From: an uncultured Chloroflexia bacterium
Lineage (GTDB): Bacteria > Chloroflexota > Anaerolineae > B4-G1 > SLSP01
Length of the DNA: 64,000 nucleotides
Assembly: GCA_963751345.1 (NCBI GenBank)
Contig: CAVVUS010000023.1
Coordinates: forward strand, 32,001-96,000
Direction: 5' to 3'
Positions 44,354 to 56,328 of the stretch are shown here, piece by piece (the stretch's first letter is position 1; every line of letters starts with the position of its first letter). The notes under the pieces are model-generated. The model saw only the letters and a list, made by a program, of their open reading frames with translations, was not told the origin of the DNA and made no database searches. Made by a program: the position numbers and the translations under genes.

Positions 44354-44780
44354 TGCTTGTGTCCCCCTGGAATCCAGTGTAGCACGGACGAGCCAGCGTG
44401 GCAATTGCGCAGATCGCCCTGGCCTCTTGAATGCGCGATTCTTCTGCTGTACAATAGAACAAATGATCGATCGTACAGTTCCTTAGGGTTCACTGCTCCA
44501 TCCGCACCGGGAGCGCCACCGGAAGAAAGCGCCTCCTCCCCCCGTTTTGCGAAACGAACCCATTTTCGGAACGATAGCCCCGCCCTCAGGACGGGTTGAT
44601 CCTTGCGCCGGAGAACGTTTGTGCTACTATGGAGCCACTATGGGCGTTGTACATTGAGCCTGGCGGGTGCTCTGGGCAACTATCGCTCCGGATGGGCGAT
44701 TGCCTATTGAGTTTCGCCAGATCCGTAGCACAATGGTTTTCCACGTTTCGACCAGGGGACCGGCGATAGGAGGGGGTAGC

Positions 44781-46539
44781 TTGGCAAAACGGGAGTTCAC
44801 GCTAGAGGATGAGCACCGGTACGACCGGCGGTCGGCAGTGCGCTGGATCATCTCGCACTTGCTGCGCTATCCGGTGCTGCCGCTGGTGATGCTGGCGGCC
44901 TCTATCATCAATAATGTAGCCTACGGGGGCATCCAGGTCTTCGTTGGACGGGCCTTCGACCTCATCACGCAGCCGCAGTGGACCAATCGGGCGCTGCTGG
45001 CTGTGGCCGTAAGCGTGCTGGCCTCGGCCTCGACTCAGGGCTTGATGGGGCTGGTGCGCAACTTCGCGGTATCGTTCATTGCTGAGCGCGTCGAGCGGGA
45101 TTCACGAGATGAGCTCTATGTGAGCCTTCTGGGCAAGAGTCAGACCTTCCACGGGCGCCAGCGCATCGGCGATATCATGGCTCGCGCGACCAACGATGTC
45201 AGGATGTTGAACGCTATGTTCAGCCCGGGCATCATGCTGATCACAGACTCGCTGATGGGACTGCTCATCCCGATTATCCTGATCGGAGGGCTGAACTACC
45301 GCCTTCTGCTGGTGCCGGGGATCTTCACCGTGCTCCTGGTGATTACCGTCTACGAATATAACCATAGGCTCAGACCCATCAGTACGGCGCAGCGCGAGCA
45401 GTACGGCGAGATGAATGCCCGGCTGGCGGAGTCTGTCGCGGGCATTGAGGTCGTCAAGGCGAACGCCCAGGAGACGCAGGAGTGGACCGCGTTCTCCGGC
45501 AAGGCCCGTGGTTACCGGGACCTGTTCGTCAAGCAGGGGAGCATCGAGGCCCGTTACTGGCCCATGTTGGTCTTCGGCCTCTCCTATGCCGGCTGTCATC
45601 GTGGACGGTCTGTTGCTGTGGAACCGAGGTGTCGTCACGCTTGGACAGGTCATCAGCTTCGTTGGCCTCTTCAACGCCCTGCAGTTCCCCACCTTCATCT
45701 CGATTTTCACCTTCAATTTGGTCCAGCTTGGCGTCGCCAGTGCAAAGCGCATTCTGACGCTGATCAACACCGAGACGGAGCTTGACGAGAACGCGGCTGG
45801 TATCACGAGACCGGTTTCGGGAGAGGTCGTTTTCGAGAATGTGAGCTTCAGCTACAACGGCAATCAGGTACTGAGGGATATCAGCTTCACCGTTCGGCCG
45901 GGGGAGACCGTGGCCATCGTTGGCCAGACCGGTTCGGGCAAGACGACGTTGACGCGCCTGATCAACCGCATCTTTGACGCTGACGAGGGACGCGTGCTGG
46001 TGGATGGCGTGGATGTTCGTGACTGGAGCCTGGAGTCCCTGCGATCCCAGATCTCGACCATCGAGCAGGACGTGTTTCTCTTCTCGCGGTCGATCGCCGC
46101 GAACATCGCTTTTGGCTGTGGAGATGCAACAGAACGGGAGATCGAGGAAGCCGCTCGAGAAGCCCAGGCGGATGAGTTCATCCGTGGTTTTCCCGAGGGT
46201 TATGAGACGGAGGTGGGGGAGCGCGGCGTGACCCTGTCCGGCGGGCAGCGCCAACGCATCGCCATCGCCCGTGCCTTTCTCACCGATCCGCGCATTCTCA
46301 TCCTCGATGACAGCACGAGCGCGATTGACAGTGCCACGGAGGACAGGATTCAGAAGGCTATGCGTCGCATCAGCAGCCAGCGGACGACGTTCATCATCAC
46401 GCACCGGCTAAGCCAGATCCGTTGGGCCGACCGGATCTTGGTGCTGCGTCGGGGCGCCCTGGTGGATCAGGGGACGCACGAGGAGCTGATGGGGAGGTCT
46501 GAGGCGTATCGACGGATCTTCGCGCGATATGATGTCTGA
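44781..46539 (+). CDS. ABC exporter, fused TMD-NBD, subunit 1 (frameshift ~45590)
   Basis: TM domain, [23 protein letters not shown]; TTG start after GGAGG. Confidence 0.92.
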
Positions 46540-46559
46540 GGTGATGTGGGGGGTACCGT

Positions 46560-48373
46560 ATGGGTTTCATACTAGACGGCCTTGATTCTGAGAGCTACGA
46601 TCGCAACTACAGCGACCGCGACCTGCTACGTCGCATCGTCAGCTACTTCCGCCCCTATCGCTGGCGGATGCTGCTGGTAGCGGCGCTCATCCTGATCAAC
46701 TCGGCAGCGGGTACTGCGAGCCCAATCCTCGTGTCAAAGACGATCGATTTGGTTCAGCGCAATCCATCGCCGCGGGCCATCCTTTTCTCCGGACTCGGCG
46801 TCCTGGGTTTTGGGTTGGTGGCATGGGTTGCCAACTATGTGCGGCGGCTCTACTCCGCCATCATCGTCGGAGATGTGGTTCTGAAGGTGCGGGAGGATGT
46901 CTTTGCTGCGACAGTTCGACACGACCTCTCGTTCTTCAGCGAGCACGAGTCAGGCAAGATCGTTAGCCGTGTCACCTCGGACACACAGGACTTCTCCAAC
47001 GTCGTCACCTTGGTCCTGGATCTGATCAGCCAGATCCTGCTGGTGGCGATCCTGACGGTCTGGCTTGCCGACCATCAACCTGGGGCTGACTGTTATGCTC
47101 ATCGGCATCGCTCCCCTGGCGGTCCTGGTTGCCCTCGGCTTCCGACGGCTCGCCCGCAGGGTCACGCGCCAATCCCGGCGCATCAATGCCGTCATCAACT
47201 CCCAGATCCAGGAATCCATCAGCGGGATCGTGGTGGCGAAGACATTCCGCCAAGAGCACGCCATCTACGACAGTTTCCGCGACAACAACCAACGATCCTA
47301 TCGCATCGGTCTCCAGCGGGACATGACGTTCAACGCCATCTTTCCCATCCTGGGGATGTCGTCGGGCCTTGTCAGTGCCTTCTTCCTCTACGCTAGCGGG
47401 CTGGCCACACGCACCGGTATCTCGCCGGGTGATTGGTATCTCTTCATGCAGGCCGTCGGCTTCTTCTGGTGGCCGATGACGAGCATTGCCTCGTTCTGGA
47501 GCCAGTTCCAGGATGGGCTCTCCGCAGCCGAGCGCGTGTTCGCGCTGATCGATGCCGAGCCCCGCGTCGTGCAGACCGCTGACGAGCCTGTCGCAGAGGT
47601 GGAGGGGCATATCGAGTTTCATCACCTGAGGTTCGGCTACGTCGACGGTGAGATTGTGCTTCCAGACTTCTCCCTGGATATACGCCAGGGCGAGACACTG
47701 GCCTTGGTCGGGCATACGGGGGCAGGGAAGACCAGTGTCGCCCGCCTCATTCCCCGCTTCCATGAATTCCAGAGCGGGGCACTGCTGATCGATGGGCGGG
47801 ATGTCCGGAGGCTCAATCTGGAGCAGTACCGCAGGCACATTGGGATCGTTCCCCAGGAACCCTTCCTATTCTCGGGAACCGTCCGCGACAACATCCGCTA
47901 TGGCTATCCCGACGCTACCGACGATGACGTCCAGGCGGCTGCGGTGCACGTGAGCCAGGGCGACTGGATTGCTGATCTCTCCGATGGTCTGGATACCGAC
48001 GTGGGCGAGCGTGGCTCCAACCTGTCCATGGGGCAGCGGCAACTTGTGGCGCTGGCACGTGTACTCCTGAAGGATCCGGCGATCTTCATTCTGGACGAGG
48101 CCACAGCCAGCGTGGATCCCGTTCACAGAGATGCAGATCCAGGAAGGTCTTGACACGGTGATAGCTGACAGGACTGCGATCATCATCGCCCACCGCCTCT
48201 CAACGATCAAGTCCGCAGACCGTATTATTGTGATCGACCAGGGCGAGATCATCGAGGAGGGTAACCACGAGAGCCTGTTGGCCTCAGGTGGGCACTACGC
48301 GGACCTCTACAACACGTACTTCCGCCACCAGTCGTTGGCTTACGTGGAGTCGATGGGGGTTCCCGCGGAGTGA
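46560..48373 (+). CDS. ABC exporter, fused TMD-NBD, subunit 2 (frameshifts ~47065 and ~48125)
   Basis: TM domain, GHTGAGKT, LSMGQRQ, ILDEATAS, IAHRLST. Confidence 0.92.
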
Positions 48374-48472
48374 GGCGCTACGCAGTCTTGGGGTGCTACA
48401 CTGTCTCGAGGCGCACCGCCGTCTGAGGCGCACCGCCGTCCGAGGCGCACCGCCGTCTGAGGCGCATGGCCT
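48372..48472. repeat. 17-18 bp tandem repeat (VNTR)
   Basis: GAGGCGCACCGCCGTCY x3 (48408-48458), two degenerate copies upstream and a partial copy downstream. Confidence 0.85.
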
Positions 48473-48496
48473 GAGCATCGATCCCGCGTAAAGCTC

Positions 48497-50813
48497 TCAG
48501 GGTTGCTCCGCCCGCTCGAAGGGATGCGTATCCGGTTTGGTCTCCCGTACCACGTTGTCCAGCGGCAGCCACACCACAAAGACACTGCCCTCGCCCTACG
48601 ACGCTGTCAAACGTGATCCTTCCATGGTGGAGATCGATGATCTCCTTGCTGATCGCCAAGCCCAACCCCGTGCCGGGCACTTGAAGGGTTGCGCTGGCCT
48701 GGCCACGCTCGAAGCGATGGAACAGCCGGCTGCGCTCCTCTGGGGGAATGCCAACGCCCGTGTCCTCAACCGAGACGGTGGCCCATCTCGTGCCATCGAC
48801 CTTGGCCGAACCGGTGCGCAGCCAGACCGCGCCACCCTCCGGGGTGTAGTTCATCGCATTGGTCAGCAGGTTCGTGAGCACCTGCTCCAGCAACTCGGGA
48901 TCCAGCGCGGACCAAAGCTAGCGTGGGGTCGGTCTCCACCGACAGCTTCAGCTCGTGATCGCCAAAGAGTCGTTGGCGGTCGGAGACCAGGGTCGCGACG
49001 ATCTGATTGAGGTCTATCTCGCGCTCGTTTAGCCTCACGTTGCCGAGGTCAAGGCGCGAGACCGTCAGCAGACTTTCTACGAGGTGCTGCAGTCTGGCTG
49101 TTTCGCGTGTCAGTGCTGCCACGTAGGTATGGATGCGTTCCGGCTTTCCGCGATTGGCCAGGTCGAGATAGAGCCGAATGCTGGTGAGCGGCGTTCGGAG
49201 CTCGTGGCTCACGTTGCTGACGAAGAGCGACTTGGTCCGGTCCGCGGCCTGAGCTTGCGTGAGTGCCTCCTGGAGCGCAACGGTCCTCTGCCGAACCATC
49301 TCCTCCAGCTCTTCCGCGCGCTGTTCCTGCTTCTGGTAGAGCTCCGCCGTCTCGATGGCCTGCGCTATCGCCGAGGCGGAGCTCTGGATCAACTCGACGT
49401 CCTGCGCGTTCAGCAGATTGTGACCAGGAAGCTCCATCGTCAGGATGCTCACTACGCGGTCCCGAACCGTGAGTGGCACGAATAGGAGGGTCGTGTCCCT
49501 GTCGTCCGGCAGCGATCGAACCCACACGCCCATCCGCGGGTCGGAGTAGGGAGCGTCAATGTAGAGCAGCGTCCGATATACGAGCACGTGAGCTATCGCC
49601 GGAGTGTCGAGCGGCGCCGTCGCCCCCACAAGTTTCCGAGCACCGGCATGGGCATACTCCGCCACGACGAGCGCGATCCCGCTCTGGCGGTTGACACGTG
49701 CAGCATAGACGTGGGTGAGGCCGAACGCGTAGGCGAGCTCACCACAGAGCACGCGCAACATCCGTGTGTCATCTACGGTCGTGGTGGCTGCGGTGATGAT
49801 GCGATTCAGCACCATCAACCCTCGGTGGCGGCGCTGCAGGGCCTCGTGGTCGGCCTGGCGCTGGGAAATGTCGCGCACGATGACCTGAACGTGTGCGGGC
49901 TTGTTATCTCGGCCGAGGACAAGCGTAGCGCTCAGCTCGACGGCGAAGGTCTGCCCATTCTTGGCGCGCAGCACACCCTCGTAAGCAGGCATAGCCTCCT
50001 CTGACTGCAGTGCCACGAGCGTCGTCATCTAGGTCGGTCGCGTCTTCCGATCGTAATGGTGTCGTGCATCGGCTGACCGATCAGAGCCTCGTCCGGGTAA
50101 TCGAGCATGTCAGCCAGCCGCTGGTTCACCTCAACATAGCGCCCGTCGAAATCCAAGATAGCGATACCGTCATTCGAGTGCTCCGACAGCGCACGATACC
50201 TATGATCAATCTCCGCGAGTTCCTGGCGGCGCAGCTCCTCGACCCTCGCCTTATGGTTGCGTACCAGGAGATGGATGCCACCGGCTACCATCGACAAAGG
50301 CAAACGGTCCCGTGAGTACCTCAAGCAGCGTGAAATCCGGCGCTACCAAGGGGATCAAGGCCATCGCGACGGCAAGCAGAACGACCAGGATCGCGGTGAC
50401 GCGAGGTGGGAAGAAGCCGCTCGCCAGCAGGACTGGGATCAGCGCATAGGCAAGTAGGGCCAGACTGTGCGGGTGAACGCCAAAGAGCGCAATGGCAAAG
50501 GCGGCGATCGCGCAGACAGCGATGCCAAGCCCGAACGCAATGCGGTAGTAGCGGGTCCTGCCGACAACATAGACGAGTGCCAGGGCCAAGAGGGTGGTGT
50601 TGAGGTAGGCATAGCTCACCACAACCCCGAGTCTGACCGGAAGGGCGCTGAGGCGCGCAGCACACTCGACGACAATGCGCGACGATAACTGCCAGGAGGA
50701 TGACAGCAGCAAAGGCACGCACATCGCCCTCGTCTGTGGGAGACTCCGACGGCGCAGAAGGGCGCCGTTAGCGCATCCCAGATCTTCCGGCGTGCTCTCT
50801 TGATGGCAATCAT
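48497..50813 (-). CDS. Membrane PAS/GAF sensor histidine kinase (several frameshifts)
   Basis: TM region, PAS (YVEVNQRLADMLDY..RDIS), GAF, SHELRTPL, NAMNYT, DTGVGI, GTGLGL. Confidence 0.85.
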
Positions 50814-50885
50814 CCCCGCAGTTTATAGACGTATCCGAAGAATACACAAGCGCCTCAGGTGTAGCCACCTGAGGCGCTGTCTGAG

Positions 50886-50959
50886 TACCCCCGACAGGAC
50901 TTGAACCTGTAACCTTCTGCTCCGCAAGCAGGCGCTCTATCCAATTGAGCTACAGGGGC
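50886..50959 (-). tRNA. tRNA-Arg(GCG), copy 2
   Basis: Cloverleaf GCCCCTG..GCTC/GAGC..CCTGC-TTGCGGA-GCAGA..GGTTCAAGTCC; no encoded CCA. Confidence 0.93.
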
Positions 50960-51011
50960 GCATTCACCTGCGCTATAGCACGGACTTCGGAAGCGTGTTC
51001 GACCCTCTGAG

Positions 51012-51085
51012 TACCCCCGACAGGACTTGAACCTGTAACCTTCTGCTCCGCAAGCAGGCGCTCTATCCAATTGAGCTACAGGGGC
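51012..51085 (-). tRNA. tRNA-Arg(GCG), copy 1
   Basis: Identical to 50886..50959. Confidence 0.93.
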
Positions 51086-51117
51086 GCTATTTGGACAGCC
51101 GATCGACTGTCACAAGG

Positions 51118-51206
51118 CGGAGAGGCAGGGATTCGAACCCTGGGTGGAGTTTAACCCCCACAACTGCTTAGCAGGCAGCCCCAATCGTCCACTCTGGCAC
51201 CTCTCC
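51118..51206 (-). tRNA. tRNA-Ser(GCT)
   Basis: GGAGAGG acceptor, GCTGC-CTGCTAA-GCAGT, long variable arm, GGTTCGAATCC. Confidence 0.94.
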
Positions 51207-51262
51207 CTATATGCTTGTTAATGTGGGCTACCCTCTCACCCGGGCATATGGACCTTGCCTAG

Positions 51263-51349
51263 CGGAGGGAGTGGGATTCGAACCCACGGTGACCTTTCAG
51301 CCACAACGGTTTTCAAGACCGTCGCCTTCGTCCGCTCGGCCATCCCTCC
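51263..51349 (-). tRNA. tRNA-Ser(TGA)
   Basis: GGAGGGA acceptor, ACGGT-CTTGAAA-ACCGT, long variable arm, GGTTCGAATCC. Confidence 0.94.
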
Positions 51350-51369
51350 CGGGGTGCCACGCGAAAAAG

Positions 51370-51397
51370 AGTATACCACGCCACCTATCTTTGTCAA
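51370..51397 (-). promoter_or_regulatory. Promoter of tRNA cluster
   Basis: TTGACA N16 TATACT with extended TG. Confidence 0.75.
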
Positions 51398-51538
51398 CGC
51401 AAGGTTGCTTTGTACTATCGATGTCAGTACAATAAAGGAGGTGAGGCAACAAGGGAAATGGGCCAGGGCTGGACTATGCGGAATCCATACGGTCTTCCCT
51501 CTCGGTGACCTGTCCCTTATCTCTTAAGGAGTTATGGC

Positions 51539-53758
51539 ATGACGACAGAACAACTCGAGACGGCCGGCGCTGACGTGTTGGTGCCGGCACCGGCCGGTGA
51601 GCCCGATGCGGTGCCGCAGACTATCGGGCTGGATGAGCCCTCGCTCTACTTCAACCGCGAACTCAGTCTCTTGAAGTTCAACTCCCGCGTGTTGGAGGAA
51701 GCCCTGGACGAAGAGCGCCACCCGCTGCTGGAGCGTGTGAAGTTCCTCTCCATCTTCTTCAACAATATGGACGAGTTCTTCATGGTGCGCGTTTCCGGTC
51801 TGCGGCGGCAGCTCGCTGCCGGCGTGGTCGAGGCGCCCCCCGACGGTATGACCCCTGCCGAGCAGCTCGCCGCGATTCGTCGTGACTTCATGCCCATCCT
51901 GGAGGAGGCTATGGCCTGCTGGCGGGATGACCTTCAGCCCAAGCTGCATGCCGAGGGCGTCAACATCCTACGGTATCGTGACCTCAGGGGCAAGCAGCGA
52001 CGGTTGATGCGCCGGCACTTCGAGCGGGAGATCTTCCCGGTGCTGACACCCCTGGCGTTCGATCCCGGACACCCGTTTCCTCACATCTCAAACCTGAGCC
52101 TCAACCTGGCAGTCGTGGTCGAGGACCCTCTCAAGCGGCGCCGGTTCGCCAGGCTCAAGATCCCCGGTGTCTTTCCGAGGTTGATCAGAATCCCGGAAGA
52201 GGATCGTGCCGAGACCTATGAGACGCTGGGGTTGGATTCGGTGGTCGACACGAATTTCGTCTGGATTGAGGAAGTCATCATCGAGAACCTCGATATGCTG
52301 TTCCCGGGGATGCGGGTCGTAGCAGCTTACCCGTTCCGGGTGACTCGCGATGCCGATCTCGAAATCGAGGAAGATGAGGCGTCTGACCTGCTGGCCTCCA
52401 TTGAGGAGAGTGTCGGGATGCGACAATTCGGGTCGGCCGTTCGGCTGGAAGTGCACCGAGCGATGCCCAGGGATATCCGCGATATCCTGCTCGACAACCT
52501 CGGGATTGCTCCCTATCTCCTGTACACCGTCGATGGGCCGATTGGCCTTTCGCACTTGATGCAGCTTACCGAGGTGAACATTCCCGAGCTCAAGGATGCT
52601 GCGTTCATTCCCTACATCTCGCGTTCGCTCTCGAGCGGCAAGAGCATCTTCGGAGCGATTCGGCGCCGCAGGAACATCCTGCTCTACCATCCCTACGACA
52701 GCTTCGCACCCGTCGTCGATTTCCTGCTCGAGGCCGCCCGGGATCCCCAGGTTCTGGCGATCAAGCAGACCCTCTATCGCGTCGGCCCGAATGCACCGGT
52801 CGTGGCGGCATTGCTGGAAGCGCGTGAGAACGGAAAGCAGGTCGCGGTACTGGTCGAGCTCAAAGCTCGCTTCGACGAGGAAAACAACATCGTCTGGGCC
52901 AAAGCTCTGGAGCGGGCGGGGGTCCACGTGATCTACGGCCTCGTGGGTCTGAAGACCCATGCCAAGGTCTGCATGGTCGTGCGGCGCGAGTACGATGGGA
53001 TGGTGCGCTACGTGCACCTAAGCACGGGGAACTACAACGCTGCAACTGCCCGCGTGTACACGGATTTGGGATACTTCACCGTCGACCAGGAGATCGGTGC
53101 CGATGTCTCCGATCTCTTCAATGCGTTGACGGGTTACTCGCGCAAACAGGAGTACCGCAAGCTTCTGGTGGCCCCCGGCGCGATGCGCGAGCAGATCGTC
53201 GCCTTGATCGACCGCGAGATCGAGGTCCACCGCAAGCACGGTAACGGCTACCTGGCCTTCAAGATGAATCAGCTCGTGGATGAGGACTCCATCCAGGCGA
53301 TTTATCGCGCCTCACGGGCCGGCGTCAAGGTCGACCTGCAGGTTCGGGGCACGTGCTGCATCCGGCCCGGCTTGCCGGGTATCAGCGACAACATCACGGT
53401 CACGTCGGTGGTGGGGCGCTTCCTGGAGCACCCGCGCATCTACTACTTCCGCAACAACGGCGAGGAGGAGATGCTATTGGGCAGTGCGGACCTGATGCCG
53501 CGAAATCTGGACCGCAGGGTCGAAACGCTCTTTCCGGTGGAGGACAAACAGCTGCTGCACGCGATTCGCGACGACATCCTTAACGTGCATCTGCGCGATA
53601 ATGTGCAGTCCTGGCAGCTACTGCCCGACGGGAGCTACGAGCGCCGCCACCTGGAGCCAGGAGAGCCGGCGCTGAACTCACAACTGTGGATGATTGAGCA
53701 CCGGGGCATCTGGGACCACGGAGATCGGGACTTACCCCTGGAGCACGCGCCGGACTGA
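51539..53758 (+). CDS. ppk1: Polyphosphate kinase 1
   Basis: FNRELS, NMDEFFMVRV, HPFPHISN, YHPYDSF, ELKARFDEENN, LKTHAK, GRFLEH, SADLMPRNLDRRVE. Confidence 0.97.
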   Translation: MTTEQLETAGADVLVPAPAGEPDAVPQTIGLDEPSLYFNRELSLLKFNSRVLEEALDEERHPLLERVKFLSIFFNNMDEFFMVRVSGLRRQLAAGVVEAPPDGMTPAEQLAAIRRDFMPILEEAMACWRDDLQPKLHAEGVNILRYRDLRGKQRRLMRRHFEREIFPVLTPLAFDPGHPFPHISNLSLNLAVVVEDPLKRRRFARLKIPGVFPRLIRIPEEDRAETYETLGLDSVVDTNFVWIEEVIIENLDMLFPGMRVVAAYPFRVTRDADLEIEEDEASDLLASIEESVGMRQFGSAVRLEVHRAMPRDIRDILLDNLGIAPYLLYTVDGPIGLSHLMQLTEVNIPELKDAAFIPYISRSLSSGKSIFGAIRRRRNILLYHPYDSFAPVVDFLLEAARDPQVLAIKQTLYRVGPNAPVVAALLEARENGKQVAVLVELKARFDEENNIVWAKALERAGVHVIYGLVGLKTHAKVCMVVRREYDGMVRYVHLSTGNYNAATARVYTDLGYFTVDQEIGADVSDLFNALTGYSRKQEYRKLLVAPGAMREQIVALIDREIEVHRKHGNGYLAFKMNQLVDEDSIQAIYRASRAGVKVDLQVRGTCCIRPGLPGISDNITVTSVVGRFLEHPRIYYFRNNGEEEMLLGSADLMPRNLDRRVETLFPVEDKQLLHAIRDDILNVHLRDNVQSWQLLPDGSYERRHLEPGEPALNSQLWMIEHRGIWDHGDRDLPLEHAPD

Positions 53759-53832
53759 GCGTCCGGTGACTGCTCTCTACCTCTGAGGGTTTCTGAATCT
53801 CCGAGAGGTCTCCCGCGGGAAGTAGATTGATC

Positions 53833-53867
53833 AACCTTGCGAGGGTGTCCGACACCCTCGCAAGGTT
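53833..53867. repeat. Perfect palindrome with 17-bp arms (REP-like or terminator)
   Basis: AACCTTGCGAGGGTGTC-C-GACACCCTCGCAAGGTT between convergent ppk1 and adk. Confidence 0.8.
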
Positions 53868-53890
53868 GGAAACCAGTCGTAAGGTTCTGG

Positions 53891-54556
53891 CTACAGATTC
53901 TGCTCGATGGCGGCCTTCAGCGCTGCTGTGACTTCGTCGATGGACTGGTTTCCGTCGATCTCCGCCAGGATACCCGCCTCGCGGTAGTACGAGACGAGGG
54001 GCTTTGTCTGGTTCTCGTAGACCTCGAGACGCTTTACAGCCGTCTCCTCGGTGTCATCGTCCCGCTGATAGAGTTCGCCGCCGCATTTGTCACAGACGCC
54101 GGGCTGTTGGGGTGGGGCAAACTTCAGGTGATAGGATGCGCCGCAGTTTCTGCAGAGCCGGCGCCCCGTGACCCGCACAATGAGCTCGTCGCGGGGGACT
54201 TGGATGTTGAGTACGAGATTGATCTTGTGACCACCGTCTGCCAGAGCGGCGTCCAGCGCCTCGGCCTGGGCGACCGTCCGGGGGAAGCCATCGAGCAGGG
54301 CGCCATTCCGGCAATCGGGGCGGGCGAGGCGGTCCAATACCATGGCGATGGTAATATCGTCGGGCACCAGATCCCCTCTCTCCATGTACCCCTTCGCCTC
54401 GAGGCCCAGCGCGGTCTCGTTCTTCAGGTTGTAGCGGAAGAGATCGCCGCTCGCGACGTGAGGCAGAGCCAGAAGCTCCTGCAGGCGTTCCGCCTGTGTG
54501 CCCTTGCCTGAAGCCGGCGGGCCCATGAGGATGACGTAGGTTGGTTCTTGTGACAT
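53891..54556 (-). CDS. adk: Adenylate kinase with Zn lid
   Basis: GPPASGKGTQA, LDGFPRT, CRNC..CDKC, QRDDD. Confidence 0.96.
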   Translation of the reverse strand: MSQEPTYVILMGPPASGKGTQAERLQELLALPHVASGDLFRYNLKNETALGLEAKGYMERGDLVPDDITIAMVLDRLARPDCRNGALLDGFPRTVAQAEALDAALADGGHKINLVLNIQVPRDELIVRVTGRRLCRNCGASYHLKFAPPQQPGVCDKCGGELYQRDDDTEETAVKRLEVYENQTKPLVSYYREAGILAEIDGNQSIDEVTAALKAAIEQNL

Positions 54557-54578
54557 TGAGATTCTCCTTGTGTTGTTT

Positions 54579-56190
54579 CTACAGATGGCCGATCGCGCCG
54601 CGTACTAACTGCGGGGCGCCGGAGGCCTGAAAGGCCGCCCAGGTCGCCGGTGCCTGGTCGACCAGGCGCTCGATCTCTGCCTCTCGGGCTGCCAGGTAGA
54701 CTGCCAGATCGGGTGACGTTGTCCTGAGCGTCGTGCCGCTAACGCGGGTTGAGCTCCAGAGCGCGTGTACCTGCTCGGGTGCCTCCCACGTTCCGAAGGT
54801 GATCACGGCGCGCAGATGCTGCCGAGGCGACGCGGGCATCCTGGAGGTCGCCGAAGAAATCCTGAAGCACCTTCAGTGCCTCAATGACCATCAGCGCTTC
54901 GTCCCCAAGAACGTCGCGAAAGAACTCCAGCGTATACCGCAGCCGCTTAACGTCAATGCGCAGCTCGTGGTAACGTGAGAGCGGCTGTCCCGGTTTCACC
55001 AGGGCTGTGTCGTGTCTCAGGACCGCCTCGAGACGTTCCTCCACGACCTGGCGAAGCACTGCAGCGACCTCTCGCGCCTCTTTCTTATCAGGTATGCCCT
55101 CCTGCAGGCTTGCCCAAAAGCGTTTCTTGAAGCGAGCGTACGCCTTACTTGACAGGTGCTCCAGCATCTCGTTCCGGCGTCGGATATACTCGACGTCCCA
55201 TACCCGGAAGAGCGGGGCAAAGCCGCCGAGGTCCGAGTCGTGCTCCGCAAGGTAGCTGTCCGTCTTGTCCCGGAAGACGTCCATATCCCTCACTGCCCCT
55301 AAGGCATCCGCCGTCCTGGCCAGGCCCTTGCGTACCTTCTTCAGCTCTGAGCCGTCGAGGTAGGGATCCGCGATCCAGAATGCCGTGCGCATCCGCCGTG
55401 TCGCGACGCGCATATCGTGGAGCTCCTCGGTGTCCACGCCGGCGTAGCTGCCTTGCTCGTGATCCTGCATCTTGGTGAAGAGCGGTCTGAGGATCTTGGT
55501 CATCGCGCGGCCTATGGTGTCATCGGGCTTGACCTTCGTGCCATCGTGTTCGACAGGCGTGGTGCGACTGACAAAGGCGAGGCCGCGCTCGAACTTGGAC
55601 GCGGGCTGCGGTACCAGACCGCGCATCCGGGTAAGCTCGGCAACGATCGGCTCCAACTCCTCCTCGGTCCGATCCTGTGCCAGCTCGATCTCCAGCTCGA
55701 CAAAACGCTGCGAGGTGCTGGCGTCCTGCACGATTTCGACGTTGTCAAGGGCCACCGTAGCCACCTCGACATCCTCCGCGGCGGCAAGAAGACGGCGCTC
55801 GTGCCGCTCCTGGCGGATGGTGAGGATGTCGACCAACGGCTGGCTTTCTGTGAGCTCCGAGAGGATGGACCAGAGCGGCTCGGGCAGCCAATCGCCGGGC
55901 GGGCGCTCGAAGTCCGCCTCGGGCACGTCGTATTCGATCTCCTCGCGTCGATGTACGCTGCCACTCACGCCACCCAGGCTCTTCAGCGAGTAGTAGGTGC
56001 GATCATCCTGGTAGCGGAGGCGGAAGGCATAGCCACCCGAGAGGATCCGATGGTCTGACGTGTCGAAGTATTGATCGCGGAGGTGAAGCAATCGGCCTGG
56101 AGTCAGCCGACAGCCGGCAAGCTCGGACAATGACCTCAACGCTCCGTACGTCTTATCGCTCAGAACTGAGTACTTTGCCTCTATTTCCAT
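54579..56190 (-). CDS. CYTH + CHAD domain protein (frameshift ~54825)
   Basis: MEIEAKY, YFDT, ELEIEL, SKFERG (CYTH); LHDMRVATRRMR, LGAVRDMDV, HELRIDVKRLRY (CHAD). Confidence 0.9.
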
Positions 56191-56328
56191 TGAGCTCCCG
56201 CCAGAACGCCGCGCTTCGAAATCCGGTTCATTATACCATAATCAGCCCTGACGGTGGTATACTGCGCGGCGGGGGCGAGTCTGCAGCCCCGAGAGAGAGC
56301 TCGTTTCGCCTAAGAATGGGGGGCGCGG

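Noticed and set aside
48372-48472. Possible mini CRISPR array
   Set aside because: Units are contiguous with no spacers, only 17 bp long, and no cas genes are present
50880-51087. Integrated element at the duplicated tRNA
   Set aside because: Both copies are full length, only 52 bp apart, and no integrase is nearby
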